Position numbers and translations under genes: made by a program
The notes under the pieces: generated by a model
Told to the model about the DNA's origin: nothing
The model's database searches: none
What the model saw: the letters and a program-made list of their open reading frames with translations, nothing else
Source: an uncultured Candidatus Rokubacteria bacterium
Lineage (GTDB): Bacteria > Methylomirabilota > Methylomirabilia > Rokubacteriales > CSP1-6
Reading direction: 5' to 3'
NCBI GenBank assembly: GCA_963762145.1
Contig: CAVXJS010000014.1
Span: forward strand, 32,001-96,000
DNA: 64,000 nucleotides
Part shown: positions 48,975 to 58,730 of the stretch, in pieces
How the letters are laid out: every line of letters begins with the position of its first letter
How positions within the stretch are numbered: position 1 is the stretch's first letter

Positions 48975-50413
48975 CGACGGCCTTGACGCGGAACGCGGCG
49001 CCTCGCGCCACCGTCTGGGTGCTCGCGATCAACGCCATCGCCCTGATCGCATTCACGTGCGCGCCGGTGGCGCAGGAGTATCCGCTCGCGGCGGTCGGCA
49101 TCCTGGCCTTTCTGCTCGTGCAGGCGGTTCTGCCCGCGTGTCGAATCCGCGTCACCGCTCCGGTGTGTCCGGCCAACATTGCCCAGGGCTACTACTGGAT
49201 CCAGCTCGTGCTGATCACGGTGCTGGTCGGCTACTTCGGGTTCAGCCAGGGAGTGTTGCCGCATCTGCCGTCGAAGGATGCGATGAATCTGGCCATCGTC
49301 GTGCACGTCGTGGGCTATCTGTCCTTCTGTGTGGCGTACCAATGCGGGAGCCGGGTGACCGTGCGGCGGGGCCGGTCTCACGGCGGGGCCGCCGGCACCG
49401 CCTACTTGATCGTGCCGTTCGCGGTCGTGGGAGTGGTGGGATTCCTGCTCAGCCACGGGGGCCTGGCAGGGTTCAGCGACTACGTCGCGTCGCCGGTCGA
49501 GGGCCGCCTGCGGGCCGAGGAGGCCGCGACGCTGGCCGGGGCCGCCGGCAGCTTCCTGAAGCACTTCCTCGGCTTCGCGGTGGTGCTGGCCTGGAGCTGG
49601 TGGCTCGGGGCGTGGCGGCACCGGAAGGTGTCGATCATCGCCATGACGGCGGGAGTCGTGGTGCTCCTCCTGATCGCCAACTTCAACTACAACCGCGGCA
49701 GCATGCTCGGACCGATCGTCGGCCTGGCCGCCGCATTCTCCCTGCACGTGCGGCGCATTCCGTTCAAGGGCGTGGTACTGGCCGGCGTGCTCGCGCTGTC
49801 GGTGGCGTTCGTGTTCGGGTGGTATCGGTCCACCGATCTCGACATCAGCGAGCTGTCGGCTTCGGCGATGGCGGATTCGTGGAACCCCGAGGAGGTGGTG
49901 GAGTTCCTGCAGATCTACGCGGGGGCGCCCCAGATGTCCGCGTACCTGATCGAGTCCCTCGAGGGGAAGTTCTACTACGGCGCGACCTTGGTCCCCTCGC
50001 TGGTCTATCCGATTCCGGTGCTGGGCAAGCCGTACCGCGACGTCAGCGGGCCCGTGATATTCAACGGGGTGATCTACGGCGATACCGGTGTCGTCGATCA
50101 GATCATTCCGCTGGACGGCGAGCTGTACATCAACTTCCATCTGGCCGGCGTCGTTCTCGGCCACGTGTTGCTCGGGTGGGGTCTCGCCTGGCTGCAGGGC
50201 AGGTTCATGGCCGCCGCGAGCCCGGTGGAGAGCTACGCGTGGCTCATGATCGCGCTGTGGACCGTGTTCCCGGGAAGCCTGTCGGTCAGCAGCCAGATCT
50301 ACGTGTACTCGTTCTGGCCGATCTACGTCTACTTCGCGGTCAAGAGTGTCCGGGCGTGGAGTGCCGCGACGGCCGGCTCCCATGGAGACCGCGCCGCGGT
50401 GAAGTACTCGTGA
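48971..50413 (+). CDS. Putative polysaccharide repeat-unit polymerase (Wzy-like)
   Basis: Multi-TM protein with a large periplasmic loop, GELYINF; cluster context. Confidence 0.65.
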   Translation: MTTALTRNAAPRATVWVLAINAIALIAFTCAPVAQEYPLAAVGILAFLLVQAVLPACRIRVTAPVCPANIAQGYYWIQLVLITVLVGYFGFSQGVLPHLPSKDAMNLAIVVHVVGYLSFCVAYQCGSRVTVRRGRSHGGAAGTAYLIVPFAVVGVVGFLLSHGGLAGFSDYVASPVEGRLRAEEAATLAGAAGSFLKHFLGFAVVLAWSWWLGAWRHRKVSIIAMTAGVVVLLLIANFNYNRGSMLGPIVGLAAAFSLHVRRIPFKGVVLAGVLALSVAFVFGWYRSTDLDISELSASAMADSWNPEEVVEFLQIYAGAPQMSAYLIESLEGKFYYGATLVPSLVYPIPVLGKPYRDVSGPVIFNGVIYGDTGVVDQIIPLDGELYINFHLAGVVLGHVLLGWGLAWLQGRFMAAASPVESYAWLMIALWTVFPGSLSVSSQIYVYSFWPIYVYFAVKSVRAWSAATAGSHGDRAAVKYS

Positions 50414-51507
50414 AGATCTGCCTGGTCGGGGGCATCTTCGATCGGCCGGAGGCGGTTCGGTCGAAGCAGCTGGTGACGCCGGAGACGGTGTTGCTCGACG
50501 GGTTCCGCAAGGCCGGGGTGGAGGTGCACGCGGTCGGGCACGCCGGGTTTCGGCCTTCGGACGACTACGACATCGTTCACGTCCACCACTTCGGGCGGGC
50601 TGCGCTCAAGATGGCGGCCTCGCGTTGCCGGGCCCGCGTCGTCTTCACCGGCCACAACGGGCTGATTCCCACCGGCTGGGAACGCTCGCGGCTGCGCCGA
50701 TACGCCTTTCAGTACGTGGTGGACAAGGCGGAGGCGTACATCGCGCTGTCGCACGCCGAGGCGCGGTACTACGCCGGGGTGACGGACCCCGGCAAGATAC
50801 ACACCATTCCCAATGGCATTCCGGCCGACATCTTTCGTGCTGCCGGAAGCCGCGAGAAACGGGCCGACAAGCCGCGCTACGACGTCCTCTACGTCGGGCA
50901 GCTGATCGACTGGAAGGGAGTCAACTTCCTGCTCGAAGCGATGGAGCGGCTTCGCAAGCGGCGTCACGTGCATCTTCGCCTGGTCTATCACAACGCCGAG
51001 CTGGAGGCGGACCTCCGACGGCAGGCGCGTCACCTGGGCATCGCGGAGGACGTGGAGTTCGTCGGCATCCGCGGGCCGAGCGAGCTGGCCGAGGAGTATC
51101 ATCGGGCGGATCTGCTGGTCCTGCCGAGCTTCGCCGATTGCTTGCCGAGCGTGGTCACCGAGGCCTTCCTGTGCGGCACCCCGGTGGTGGCGGGCGGGGT
51201 GTGCGGTGTGCCGGAGCAGATCGGACCCTACGGCCTGACCGTGCCGCCGGGCGATCCGGTCGCTCTGGCGAGCGCGATGGAGACGGTCCTCGCCGATCGG
51301 CCGCGCTGGCAGCGCATGGCGGGCGAGATTCGAGCGTATGCGGAGCAGCGGTTCAAGCCGGAGACGATGGTCACCCGCCACCTGGCACTGTATCGCGACC
51401 TGATCGAGGGCCGCACCGCGCCGGCCAGACGTCGGGCCGCCTGGCTGGATCCGATGGTGCGGCTGGCGATCGAGGTCTACTGGCGCCCCCGGCGGGCGGC
51501 GGCGTAG
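50410..51507 (+). CDS. Glycosyltransferase family 4
   Basis: IPNGI, YVGQLIDWKG, LVLPS..DCLPSVVTEA. Confidence 0.9.
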   Translation: MKICLVGGIFDRPEAVRSKQLVTPETVLLDGFRKAGVEVHAVGHAGFRPSDDYDIVHVHHFGRAALKMAASRCRARVVFTGHNGLIPTGWERSRLRRYAFQYVVDKAEAYIALSHAEARYYAGVTDPGKIHTIPNGIPADIFRAAGSREKRADKPRYDVLYVGQLIDWKGVNFLLEAMERLRKRRHVHLRLVYHNAELEADLRRQARHLGIAEDVEFVGIRGPSELAEEYHRADLLVLPSFADCLPSVVTEAFLCGTPVVAGGVCGVPEQIGPYGLTVPPGDPVALASAMETVLADRPRWQRMAGEIRAYAEQRFKPETMVTRHLALYRDLIEGRTAPARRRAAWLDPMVRLAIEVYWRPRRAAA

Positions 51508-51536
51508 GCCGGCGGGCCAGCCCGGATGAGTACCAG

Positions 51537-52652
51537 ATGAAGATCAGCCACATCAGCGTCAGCACGCTGCCGGTCCTGCATCGCTTCGGCGGCGCCATCG
51601 AGCGACGCATCGTCGAGATCGCGCAGGAGCAGGCGCGGCGCGGGCATCGCGTCAGCGTGTACTCGGTCGGCGATACCGCCGAGACGCGCGAAGTGAACGG
51701 GGTGACCTATCGATTCCTGCGATGCCGTACGCGTCTGCCCTTCCGGCACCTGGAGTTTCAGTATCGGGTCGTGCGCGCGCTCCAGAGACGCTCCGAGGAT
51801 GTGCTGCACTTCCACAGCCAGCCGGAGGGCGCGTGGATGAGCCGGGCGGTGGCGGCCCGGAAGGTGCTCTCGTACGATTTCTTCCAGTTCCGCGGCGGTC
51901 GCGGGACGCCGCTCTACCACCTGTACAAGCGTGCGCTCCGCCGCTTCGACCTGCTCCTGCCGTGCTCGCAGTACTGTCTGGACGAGTCGCAGAGCTTCTG
52001 GAGCGTTCCCGCCGACAAGCTGCGGATCCTCTACAACGGAGTCAACACGCGGCAATTCCGGCCCGATCCCGCCGCGGCCGCGCTCGAGCGCGGGCGACTG
52101 GGCATCGACCGGAAGGTGATGCTCTACGTCGGCCGGGTCTGCGAGCAGAAGGGGAGTGACGTGCTGCTGCAGACCGCGAGGAGGCTCCGGGAGCGGCGCC
52201 GCGACGTGCAGCTCGTGATCGCGGGCCCGATCGGCCAGTTCGGCCGGAAGGACGACGCGGGCCGCTGGGCCGAGCGCATCGCGGAGGTCGGCGGCCTCTA
52301 CCTCGGCGCGGTCGAGGAAAGCCGGCTCAATGCGGTCTACAACCTCGCCGACGTCTTCGTGATGCCGACCCGCGTCAACGAGATGTTCGGCATGGCCGCC
52401 GTCGAGGCGCAGGCGTGCGGCAAGCCGGTCGTCTCCAGCGACTCGGGAGGCCTGAGGGAGGTGGTCCCGGCGAGCTGCGGAGCGCGCGTCGCGGTCGGCG
52501 ATTCGGCGACGATGGCGGACGAGATCGAGAAACTGGTGGACGATGCGGACCTCCATGCCGCCTGCTCCGCGAACGCGCTGAGCAACGCGGCGAGCTACGA
52601 CTGGACCCGTATCTGTGATGCGTGTGACGAGCTGTATCGGGCGGCGAGCTAG
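51537..52652 (+). CDS. Glycosyltransferase family 4
   Basis: YNGVN, YVGRVCEQKG, EMFGMAAVEAQACG. Confidence 0.9.
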   Translation: MKISHISVSTLPVLHRFGGAIERRIVEIAQEQARRGHRVSVYSVGDTAETREVNGVTYRFLRCRTRLPFRHLEFQYRVVRALQRRSEDVLHFHSQPEGAWMSRAVAARKVLSYDFFQFRGGRGTPLYHLYKRALRRFDLLLPCSQYCLDESQSFWSVPADKLRILYNGVNTRQFRPDPAAAALERGRLGIDRKVMLYVGRVCEQKGSDVLLQTARRLRERRRDVQLVIAGPIGQFGRKDDAGRWAERIAEVGGLYLGAVEESRLNAVYNLADVFVMPTRVNEMFGMAAVEAQACGKPVVSSDSGGLREVVPASCGARVAVGDSATMADEIEKLVDDADLHAACSANALSNAASYDWTRICDACDELYRAAS

Positions 52653-52668
52653 GGCACCGGAGACTCTC

Positions 52669-53607
52669 GTGAGCGAGCGCGTGTCGGTCACCATCGGCGT
52701 TCCGTTCCTCGACGCCCGTCGACACCTTGCCGACGCGGTGCGCTCGGTCTTCGCGCAGACCCACGAGGACTGGGAGCTGCTGCTGATCGACGACGGCTCC
52801 CGCGACGGCTCGGTGGACGTGGTACGGCCGATCGACGATCCGCGCGTGCGGGTGGTGAGCGATGGGAGCCATCGGGGCCTGTGCGCGCGGCTGAACCAGA
52901 TCGCGTCGCTGGCCCGAGGCACCTATCTGGCCCGGATGGACGCCGATGATCTCATGCACCCGGAGCGCATCGAGCGCCAGGTCGGGTTCCTGCGTGCGAA
53001 CCCGGACGTCGATCTCATCGATACCGCGACGTTCACGGTGGCCGACGACCTGACCCCGCTCGGGATGCGCGGCGATGGCCCGCTGGACGCGCGTCCGGAG
53101 GCGGTGCTTCGACACGGCCTCCTCATTCATCCGACCGTGATGGGCCGCGCGGAGTGGTTTCGCGGCAATCCGTACGATCCGGTCTACGTGCGGGCGGAGG
53201 ACCGCGAGCTGTGGAGCCGAACCTGCGCGACGACGCGGTTCGCCCGGCTGAGGTCGCCGCTGTTCTTCTATCGGGAAGACCCCGCCGGGAACTTGCGGAG
53301 CTATCTCCGCAGCGAGAGGACGGTGCGCGACGTCCTGCGTCGCTATGGGCCGCCGCTGGTCGGGGCGCGGCGTACCCGGTGGCTGGTGCTGCGCTCGCGG
53401 CTCAAGTCGGCGGTCTACCGCGTCGGCACGGGGCTCGGCCTGCAGGCCCGGCTGGTCAGAGGGCGAAATCGCCCGCTGGATCCGGCGGAGACCCGGGAGG
53501 CCCGCCGCGTGCTATCGGCGATCCGAGGCACGGCGGTGGCCGGGCTCGAGGGAGTCCTTCCCGAGGCCGCGGCCGCGCGGCCGGTTCCGGGCGGGGCGGC
53601 GGCATGA
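52669..53607 (+). CDS. Glycosyltransferase family 2
   Basis: IDDGSRDGS, ARMDADD, AEDREL. Confidence 0.9.
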   Translation: MSERVSVTIGVPFLDARRHLADAVRSVFAQTHEDWELLLIDDGSRDGSVDVVRPIDDPRVRVVSDGSHRGLCARLNQIASLARGTYLARMDADDLMHPERIERQVGFLRANPDVDLIDTATFTVADDLTPLGMRGDGPLDARPEAVLRHGLLIHPTVMGRAEWFRGNPYDPVYVRAEDRELWSRTCATTRFARLRSPLFFYREDPAGNLRSYLRSERTVRDVLRRYGPPLVGARRTRWLVLRSRLKSAVYRVGTGLGLQARLVRGRNRPLDPAETREARRVLSAIRGTAVAGLEGVLPEAAAARPVPGGAAA

Positions 53608-54812
53608 AGCCGACGGTGCTGCACGTGACGACGGTTCCGATGACGCTGCGCTTTCTCGCCGGACACGTGGCCCACGCCAAGAGCAGGGGGTTCGAGGTCC
53701 ACGCGCTGTCCTCGCCCGGCGAAGCGCTGGACGCGTTCGGCCGTGACATGGGGATCGAGGTGCACGGGGCCCGGATGCCCCGCCGGATCACGCCGCTGGT
53801 GGACCTCGCGGCGCTGTGGCGCATCGTGCGGGTCATGCGGCGGGTGCGACCGACGATCGTGGATGCGCATACCCCGAAGGGGAGCCTCCTGGCGATGATG
53901 GCGGCCACGCTCTGTCGCGTGCCGGTGCGGGTGTATCACCAGCACGGGCTGCCGCTCGTGACCGCGACGGGACCGAGGCGGCGCATCTTGCGCTGGGCCG
54001 AGCGCACGACGTGCCGGTTGGCGCATCGGGTCGTCTGCATCAGCACGGCGCTTCGCGAGGTGCTGATCGCGGAAGGACTGTGCCCGGCGGAGAAGATCAC
54101 GGTGCTCGGGCACGGGAGCATCGACGGCGTCGAGGCGGGCGGCAAGTTCGACCCGAGCCGCGTCGCGACCGAGTCGGCGGAGGGTGCTCGCGCCCGGTAC
54201 GGAGTTCCGTCGGGCGCGCTGGTGCTGGGCTTCGTGGGGCGTATCGTCCGGGACAAGGGCCTCGTCGAGCTCGTCCAGGCGTGGCGCGTGCTGCGCGAGG
54301 AATGGCCGTCGCTACACCTGCTGGTGGCGGGGCCGTTCGAGAGCCAGGACCCGGTCCCGGCGGACGTGGAATCGACGCTGCGCCGCGATCCGCGCATCCA
54401 CCTGGCCGGCATGGTGCACGATATGCCCGGCGTCTATCGGATCCTCGATCTCCTCGTCCTCCCGACGTATCGCGAGGGCTTCAACACCGCGCTCCTGGAA
54501 GCGGCGGCGATGGAGCGGCCGGTGGTCGCGACGCGCGTGCCGGGATGCGTCGATGCGGTTCGCGACGGCGAGACCGGCCTGCTGGTGCCCGTGCGCGACG
54601 TGGTGGCCCTGACCGCGGCGATTCGCACGTACGTGGGCGACCCGGCGCTGCGGCGACGGCACGGCGCCAACGGCCGGGCGAGCGTGTTACGCGACTTCGA
54701 TCCCGGCGTGCTGCGTGAAGCCCTCTTTCGCGAATACCTGCGCCTGCTCGACGAGCGCGGCTGCGAGGAGATCGTGGCCCAGGTACGCCGCGTGTCGCGG
54801 GAGGCCGCGTGA
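53604..54812 (+). CDS. Glycosyltransferase family 4 (PglA/CapM-like)
   Basis: HTPK, FVGRIVRDKG, PTYREGF..LLEAAA. Confidence 0.9.
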   Translation: MKPTVLHVTTVPMTLRFLAGHVAHAKSRGFEVHALSSPGEALDAFGRDMGIEVHGARMPRRITPLVDLAALWRIVRVMRRVRPTIVDAHTPKGSLLAMMAATLCRVPVRVYHQHGLPLVTATGPRRRILRWAERTTCRLAHRVVCISTALREVLIAEGLCPAEKITVLGHGSIDGVEAGGKFDPSRVATESAEGARARYGVPSGALVLGFVGRIVRDKGLVELVQAWRVLREEWPSLHLLVAGPFESQDPVPADVESTLRRDPRIHLAGMVHDMPGVYRILDLLVLPTYREGFNTALLEAAAMERPVVATRVPGCVDAVRDGETGLLVPVRDVVALTAAIRTYVGDPALRRRHGANGRASVLRDFDPGVLREALFREYLRLLDERGCEEIVAQVRRVSREAA

Positions 54813-56038
54813 AGACGATTCTGCCGCGATTGCCGTTCGTGGCGCTCCTCTGCATCGTGCCGTTTCCGGAGATCGTGGGCCTGCGGCTCGTCTGTCTCGC
54901 CGCCGCGTTCGCGCTCGTGGTGATCTCCTGGCGGGCGCTGGCCGTACCGCCACTCCCCTGCCGGTGGGCAATCGCGCTGTGGGCCGGCGTGGCGATCGCC
55001 TCGCTGGGGTCGGCGGTCGACCCGGCCTACAGTCTGGGCGAGATCACCAACGAGGTCGGCTACGCGCTGCTGGCGTTCGTCGCGTTCCTGGCCTGGACGC
55101 GGGACGAGACGCGACTGCGCGTCGCGGGTCTCGCGGTCCTGGCCGGATTCGCGGTGATCGCGGGGTCGGCCCTGCTCGGCGCCGACCTGCGGCACGGGGA
55201 ATGGCCGGCGGACGCGTACTACGGCGACGTCGGCGGCGTCAGCAACTATCTCGTCACGGTCGGGCCCGTTCTCGCGCTGGTGGTGGGGGTGGCCGGCCGG
55301 CGGCATGCGGGCAAGTGGCTGGTCCTGATGGGGGTGCCCTTCATCGCGGTCGCCGTGCTATCGGCTCAACGAGCCGTGTGGCCGGCGTTGGGCGTGCAGG
55401 CCGCGGTGGTCTGCGTGTGGCTCTGGCGGGTTCGCGCCGTCGCGGTCACCCCGGTTCGCGTGGTCCTGACGGGCACGATCGTGCTCGCCCTGGTGGGCGC
55501 CGGGGTCTATGCCAGCGACCGGTACCGCACCGGGGGCGATCCCGAATCGCCGGTGGCGATGGGGAAGGATCTGCGGCCCCAGGTGTGGAGAAGGGTCGGG
55601 GAGGAGATTCTCGCGCATCCGTTGACCGGGGCCGGGTTCGGGCGCGCGGTCATGGGCAAGGCCTACCCGGCGCTGCCTCCGGCCGAGCGCGAGGTGTTCT
55701 GGCATCCGCACAATCTGGTGTTCAACTACGGCATCGGCGCGGGCGTGCCGGGCATGGTGGCGGTGCTGGCCCTGTTCGGGACGATCGCGTGGCGCTTCTG
55801 GCAGCTGGCCGTTCGCGGAGGGCGTCTCACGCGGCTCTGCGGGCTCGCGGGGACGACGATGGTCGCCGGCGTCCTCGCTCGCAACATGGCCAACGATTTC
55901 TTCGTGCGTGACGGGGCGTTGTTGTTCTGGGCGCTCGCCGGGATGCTCTTCGGATATGCGCTGCGTCAGGAGTCGATGTCCGGGGACGGGCATGTGCGTC
56001 TTCCGGCCGATCGGCTGGCCGGGAAGAGGGCGGCTTGA
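54809..56038 (+). CDS. O-antigen ligase family (Wzy_C) protein
   Basis: Multi-TM; R..VW, HPLTGAGFG, HPHN. Confidence 0.82.
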   Translation: MKTILPRLPFVALLCIVPFPEIVGLRLVCLAAAFALVVISWRALAVPPLPCRWAIALWAGVAIASLGSAVDPAYSLGEITNEVGYALLAFVAFLAWTRDETRLRVAGLAVLAGFAVIAGSALLGADLRHGEWPADAYYGDVGGVSNYLVTVGPVLALVVGVAGRRHAGKWLVLMGVPFIAVAVLSAQRAVWPALGVQAAVVCVWLWRVRAVAVTPVRVVLTGTIVLALVGAGVYASDRYRTGGDPESPVAMGKDLRPQVWRRVGEEILAHPLTGAGFGRAVMGKAYPALPPAEREVFWHPHNLVFNYGIGAGVPGMVAVLALFGTIAWRFWQLAVRGGRLTRLCGLAGTTMVAGVLARNMANDFFVRDGALLFWALAGMLFGYALRQESMSGDGHVRLPADRLAGKRAA

Positions 56039-56742
56039 TCACCGGCGCCCCGCAGTTCCGCATCTGGCCCGGCGCTCGCGGGAAGAGTCTTGGCCCGATG
56101 GCTCCCGCGGTCAATGAGGACGGCATCGTCGTCATCGGCGCCGGCGGTCACGCCAAGGTCCTCATCGCCACTCTCGCCGCGGGCGGGTTCTCGATCGCGG
56201 GGGTGCTGGACGACGACGACACCAAGTGGGGGACGGACGCCCAGGGCACCCGCGTGGGCCGGATCGAGCGAGAGCGCGGGGGCAGCGGCGTCATCGGCAT
56301 CGGAGACAATGCGCAGCGCCGGGAGATGGCGAGAGCCTTGAACTTCGAGTGGCGGACGGTGGTCCATCCGGCCGCCTACGTGCACCCGGCGGCGAAGCTC
56401 GGGCGCGGCACCGTGATCTTTGCCGGGGCGATCGTGCAACCGGATGCGGTGATCGGCGACCACGTCATCGTGAATACGGGTGCCACCGTCGACCACGACT
56501 GCGTCATCGGCGACTACGCGCACCTGGCGCCGGGGGTACACCTCGCGGGTGCGGTGTACGTCGGCGAGGGCGCGTTTCTCGGCATCGGGAGCGTCGTGAT
56601 TCCGGGCGTCAAGATCGGACGCTGGAGCACGCTCGGCGCGGGCGCGGTGGCGATCCGCGATCTCGCGGACGGTGTCGTGGCGGTCGGCGTTCCCGCCCGA
56701 GCACGGCGAACGAGGAAGGCCCGGGAGGATAATCCGTCATGA
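56035..56742 (+). CDS. Sugar N-acetyltransferase, PglD/NeuD family
   Basis: IGAGGHAKV, GIGDNAQR, hexapeptide repeats, VDHDC, GVPAR; true start possibly 56098. Confidence 0.9.
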   Translation: MITGAPQFRIWPGARGKSLGPMAPAVNEDGIVVIGAGGHAKVLIATLAAGGFSIAGVLDDDDTKWGTDAQGTRVGRIERERGGSGVIGIGDNAQRREMARALNFEWRTVVHPAAYVHPAAKLGRGTVIFAGAIVQPDAVIGDHVIVNTGATVDHDCVIGDYAHLAPGVHLAGAVYVGEGAFLGIGSVVIPGVKIGRWSTLGAGAVAIRDLADGVVAVGVPARARRTRKAREDNPS

Positions 56743-57617
56743 GCTCCCTGACCCACGAGCAGCGTGCCCTCTTGCCCGACGACGCGGACGTGGCGTTCTA
56801 CGAGGCGAACGGGTACTACATATCGAAGGCGGGGGTCTTGCCCGATGCCCTGATCGACTCGGCCTTCGAGGGGGCCCAGCGCTTCTATCGAGGAGAGCGG
56901 GACGGGACCCTCCCCTTCGACACCGGGTTCTCCAACTGGAGATCGGGGGATGGGGACGGGCCGCGAAACAACGAGTTCGTCTCGCTGCAGAAGCGGGAGC
57001 TGAAGGACCTTGCCGTGTACCCTCTGCTGGGCGCGATCGCGGCGAAGCTGACCCGGAGCTCGGTCATTCGCGTGCTGGACGATCAGCTCATCTACAAGCC
57101 GTCCGATCCCGGGAACGCGGCGAGCACCGTGACCGGCTGGCACGCCGACCGGGCATACTGGGCGACCTGCAGCTCCGATCGGATGATCTCGGCGTGGATT
57201 CCCTTGCACTCCGTCGAGGTCACTCGCAGTCCGCTCGTGGTGATGGCCGGGAGCCATCGCTGGCAGGGCCTGCAGGACGTTCGGTTCTTCAATCAGCAGA
57301 ATCTCGGCGAGATCGAAGAGACGTTCCGCGCGCACGGCCGGGAGGTGCGCGTCGTCCCCATGACCTTGAGGAAGGGGCAGGTGAGCTTCCATCACGGATG
57401 GACGGTCCACGCCAGCTATCCCAATACGAGCGGCGAGCCCCGGCTGTCGTATGCGGTCCACTTCCAGGATGGCGACAATCACTATCACCCGTACCGCAAC
57501 GCCGAGGGGAGAGAGATCCACATCGTCGATGAACAGATGTGCCGCAAGCTCCCCAACGGCGATCCGGATTTCAGCGACCCGGACGTGTTTCCGACCGTCT
57601 GGACGGAGGGGCAATGA
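56739..57617 (+). CDS. Phytanoyl-CoA dioxygenase (PhyH) family Fe/2OG oxygenase
   Basis: WHADRAYW (HxD), SAWIPL, GSH, distal HASYPN..R. Confidence 0.87.
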   Translation: MSSLTHEQRALLPDDADVAFYEANGYYISKAGVLPDALIDSAFEGAQRFYRGERDGTLPFDTGFSNWRSGDGDGPRNNEFVSLQKRELKDLAVYPLLGAIAAKLTRSSVIRVLDDQLIYKPSDPGNAASTVTGWHADRAYWATCSSDRMISAWIPLHSVEVTRSPLVVMAGSHRWQGLQDVRFFNQQNLGEIEETFRAHGREVRVVPMTLRKGQVSFHHGWTVHASYPNTSGEPRLSYAVHFQDGDNHYHPYRNAEGREIHIVDEQMCRKLPNGDPDFSDPDVFPTVWTEGQ

Positions 57618-58726
57618 TGGACTGTGCCCATCTGGAAGTCGACGATCCGCGATGGCGCGAAGCTCTGGGACGACTCCCCCACGATTTCTACCACCTGCCC
57701 GAGTATGTGCGGCTGGACGGCGAGTGGAACCAGGCTCGCCCGCGGGCTTTTCTGGCCCGGACCGGGGCCGAGGAGCTATTCATTCCGTATCTGCTGCGCC
57801 GGTGTGACGGCCTCTTCCCGGACGTCACGGTCGGCGACGCGGTGTACGACGTGGTCTCGCCGTACGGGTATCCCGGGTTGCTGCTGAGTGACGCGGCGCG
57901 GATGTCGCCGGGGTTCGCCCGGCAGGCTCTGCATCGGCTGAGCGAATCTCTGCGCGAGATGGGAGTGTGCTCCGCCTTCTTCCGCATGCATCCGCTGCTC
58001 AGCCACGGGCTGTCGGAGCTCTTTCCGGAGGGCGTGTTCACCCCCGCGGGCGAGACGGTCGCGATGGATCTGACCCTGGACGAAGGCAAATCGTGGAAGG
58101 GGATCCGGGAGGGGCACCAGTGGACGATCAAGAAATGCCAGAAGCGGGGCTTCGTGGCCCGGTCCGTGTCACTGCGCGACTCCCTCGAGGGCGTGATGGA
58201 GATCTACTGGGACACGATGGATCGGGTCCAGGCCAAGGAGTCGTACTACTTCGGCCGGGAGTACTTCGCCCGACTCGGGGAGATGCCGGAGCAGGTGCAC
58301 TGCTGGGTGGTGGAAGCGGAGGGCCGGCCGGCGGCGGCGTGCATCTTCTTCGAGTGTGGCGGGATCGTCCAGGCGCACCTGGGAGGCACCAGGTCGGAGT
58401 TCCTGAGCCAGTCTCCGTTTCACCTGCTCCTCTATTCCGCGGCGGGATGGGCGAGGTCTCGAGGCAATCGCTATCTCCACCTGGGGGGCGGGGTGGGCGC
58501 CTCGAACGACCGCCTGCTCCAGTTCAAGCTCGGGTTCTCCCAGTTGCGGTTCCCGTTCTCGACCCTGCGGCTCATCACCGATGAAGGGAAGTATCGCGAG
58601 CTGACCGCGCGCCGGGCGCGGGCCGCCGAGGTGCCGGTGGAGGAGTTTTCTCGCCGCGATTTCTTTCCCGCCTATCGGGCGCCCGCCGAGTCCTCGCTTC
58701 GAGGGGTGACGGGCTCCGGGTCTTGA
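57614..58726 (+). CDS. GNAT/FemAB-like acyl(aminoacyl)transferase
   Basis: DFYHLPEY, SPYGYPG, FFRMHPL, HLGGG, FKLGF. Confidence 0.8.
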   Translation: MMDCAHLEVDDPRWREALGRLPHDFYHLPEYVRLDGEWNQARPRAFLARTGAEELFIPYLLRRCDGLFPDVTVGDAVYDVVSPYGYPGLLLSDAARMSPGFARQALHRLSESLREMGVCSAFFRMHPLLSHGLSELFPEGVFTPAGETVAMDLTLDEGKSWKGIREGHQWTIKKCQKRGFVARSVSLRDSLEGVMEIYWDTMDRVQAKESYYFGREYFARLGEMPEQVHCWVVEAEGRPAAACIFFECGGIVQAHLGGTRSEFLSQSPFHLLLYSAAGWARSRGNRYLHLGGGVGASNDRLLQFKLGFSQLRFPFSTLRLITDEGKYRELTARRARAAEVPVEEFSRRDFFPAYRAPAESSLRGVTGSGS

Positions 58727-58730
58727 TCGC

